Positions 62,701 to 64,000 of a stretch of 64,000 nucleotides of DNA are shown in pieces. This stretch comes from Asterias rubens (lineage: Eukaryota), in contig NC_047079.1 of assembly GCF_902459465.1 (NCBI RefSeq), positions 372,001-436,000 of the forward strand, in the 5' to 3' direction. The position numbers and the translations under genes are program-made. The notes beneath the pieces were generated by a model. It saw only the letters and a list, made by a program, of their open reading frames with translations, did not search any database and was not told the origin of the DNA. Within the stretch, counting starts at the first letter, position 1, and the number at the start of each line of letters is the position of its first letter.

Positions 62701-63539
62701 TTTAGGACTCACCCAGTATAACAATAAGTGTTTTATTCGCCTATAATAGAGACAATCGAAGCTCCTGAGGGATTGTGTTGTTTTTCAACAAAACAGAAAA
62801 GAGCAGCTCAACGCAGACGAGAATCAAGTAAGAATATTAAAAAATGGACTTAATCTTCAGCAACATAGTCACTCACATCCAAGTAAGAATATCAACCAAA
62901 CAAAATGGACTTAAATCTCCAGCATAATAGTTACTCACATCCAAGTAAGAATATTAACCAAACAAAATGGACTTAAACATCCAGCATAATAGTTACTCAC
63001 ATCCAAGTAAGAATATTAACCAAACAAAACGGACTTAAATCTTCAGCATAATAGTTACTCACATCCAAGTAAGAATATTAAAATGGACTTAAATCTCCAG
63101 CATAACAGTTACTCACATCCAAGTAAGAATATTAACCAAACAAAACGGACTTAAATCTCCAGCATAATAGTTACTCGCATTAGAAATCAAAAACATTGGT
63201 TTACTCAGAAACCAAATCATTCCTTCTGTTTGGCGTTTTTTAATATATATTTTATACAAGCCTGGGGAACACAGTCCAAGTTTGGATTTTAGAAGTGTAG
63301 AAGTTTGGAATGTCACAACACAGACGGTACGGCCCCCTATGCATACCGTCTGTCTTATTGAAATTGTCTGTCTTTTATAGGTTGTTGTATCTTAGTTTTA
63401 GTTTAAGTTACTGTAGAATCTTTTATTTCCACTTTAACATGGTATATATTGTGCTTGGCCTACAGCATTCCCAGCTTTGAACATCGTGGAAAGTAGAGAG
63501 TTCTTCAAGGCCAAGAGTTTTATCAAATCTAAATTTCAG
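50585..63539 (+). CDS. Heterotrimeric G protein alpha subunit, G-alpha-s class, divergent; 3' end outside the window
   Basis: Exons 50585-50705, 53493-53565, 53930-53984, 54847-54966, 55056-55153, 56200-56254, 56766-56839, 57073-57131, 58116-58236, 58652-58776, 63466-63539. Motifs [40 protein letters not shown]. The internal exon sizes 73/55/120/98/55/74/59/121 equal those I recall for vertebrate GNAS. The start codon is uncertain and no symbol is given because orthology to GNAS is unproven. Confidence 0.9.
50955..51108. mobile_element. Short MITE in G-alpha intron 1
   Basis: TIRs ATAGACCTTTTCGCAAATAC / GTATTTGCGATAAGGTCTAT. Confidence 0.65.
52325..53130. repeat. 36-bp minisatellite, about 22 copies
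   Basis: GGGAACCAAATGGTAGACTGGAAGAATGTATAGTCT. Confidence 0.95.
53493..53565 (+). CDS. G-alpha exon 2 (P-loop)
   Basis: [24 protein letters not shown]. Confidence 0.95.
53930..53984 (+). CDS. G-alpha exon 3
   Basis: [19 protein letters not shown], 55 nt. Confidence 0.88.
54483..54601. repeat. Long hairpin (probable MITE remnant)
   Basis: GGTTTTCAACTAGTGGTTTAAACCCGCCGAGG(G)CCTGGA... with its reverse complement downstream. Confidence 0.7.
54847..54966 (+). CDS. G-alpha exon 4
   Basis: [40 protein letters not shown], 120 nt. Confidence 0.9.
55056..55153 (+). CDS. G-alpha exon 5
   Basis: [32 protein letters not shown]. Confidence 0.95.
55400..55526. repeat. Long hairpin (probable MITE remnant)
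   Basis: CAAATATTGACTGCTT...GGTTAAAACTATGACTCCC / GGGAGTCATAGTTTTAACC...AAGCAGTCAATATTTG. Confidence 0.7.
56200..56254 (+). CDS. G-alpha exon 6
   Basis: [19 protein letters not shown]. Confidence 0.92.
56766..56839 (+). CDS. G-alpha exon 7 (switch I)
   Basis: [24 protein letters not shown]. Confidence 0.95.
57073..57131 (+). CDS. G-alpha exon 8 (switch II)
   Basis: [20 protein letters not shown]. Confidence 0.95.
57707..57837. other. Assembly gap (131 N)
   Basis: Run of N next to a poly-G tract, inside G-alpha intron 8. Confidence 1.
58116..58236 (+). CDS. G-alpha exon 9
   Basis: [40 protein letters not shown]. Confidence 0.95.
58652..58776 (+). CDS. G-alpha exon 10
   Basis: [42 protein letters not shown]. 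Confidence 0.95.
59446..62516. repeat. 59-bp satellite, about 52 highly homogeneous copies
   Basis: CAGGGCCAACACTAACTAAAAGGCTCTGTAAAGAGCCAACGAAACCCAACGACTCTTTT. Confidence 0.97.
62825..63180. repeat. About 62-bp tandem repeat, 5-6 copies
   Basis: CCAAGTAAGAATATTAACCAAACAAAATGGACTTAAATCTCCAGCATAATAGTTACTCACAT. Confidence 0.9.
63466..63539 (+). CDS. G-alpha exon 11
   Basis: [25 protein letters not shown], similar to Gs RAKYFIRDEFL; GTAAAA donor. Confidence 0.85.
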
Positions 63540-64000
63540 GTAAAAATACATTTCTGGTCTAAAATTACGAATGAGGATCTTGGGAGTGAAAGCAATAGCA
63601 ATAATATGACTTTTTTATATAATAAAAGTATTGTTTTGTTAATTGAATGCAGTGAAATAAATTATTAATTAAAAGTACAGTCCAAAGGTAAGTATTATAT
63701 TTATGAACAAAACAGGTCGTCGACAAGAATTGGTAACTATAACTATAGCTTATGCATTTTGCAATATTTTACCATCTCTTTCAAGTGTTCAAAAATGTCA
63801 GATGAAAATGAACCAAGACACAGGGGTTCATGGTTTTGAAAGATAGACATTATCTGATCCGGTTTATTAAAAACAGTCTTTTTCCATCCGTAATAGCATT
63901 TTTCCCATTCATAAACACATACGCGTAAAACAGTATGAACAACAGAGGCAATACTCTGAAACAAAATGCTAAATTCAGTTCATTTCTGTGCATAACGAAT

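Overview
AT-rich, intron-containing animal genomic DNA. It is probably an invertebrate deuterostome such as an echinoderm; this is inferred from the proteins and the Deu-type SINE and is not proven. Three spliced protein-coding genes can be rebuilt by hand with GT-AG junctions and consistent phases. (1) A complete chordin on + (22 exons, 6095-26191, about 952 aa, CR1-4xCHRD-CR2-CR3-CR4). (2) A complete 10-exon NIT-domain guanylate cyclase on - (43128-35473, about 632 aa, TM-NIT-TM-signal helix-cyclase). (3) A divergent G-alpha-s-class subunit on + (11 exons, 50585-63539), whose last exon lies beyond the window. The rest is non-autonomous DNA transposons (several TTAA-flanked MITE families and hairpin elements), two tRNA-derived SINEs, at least five tandem-repeat arrays and one 131-N gap. 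Most short ORFs in the supplied track are repeat or intron noise. The most notable items are the membrane NIT-GC with a catalytic Arg-to-Lys change, its head-to-head neighbour G-alpha whose N-terminus is one base from a canonical MGLC start, and a TGACTCA-rich satellite between chordin and the cyclase.
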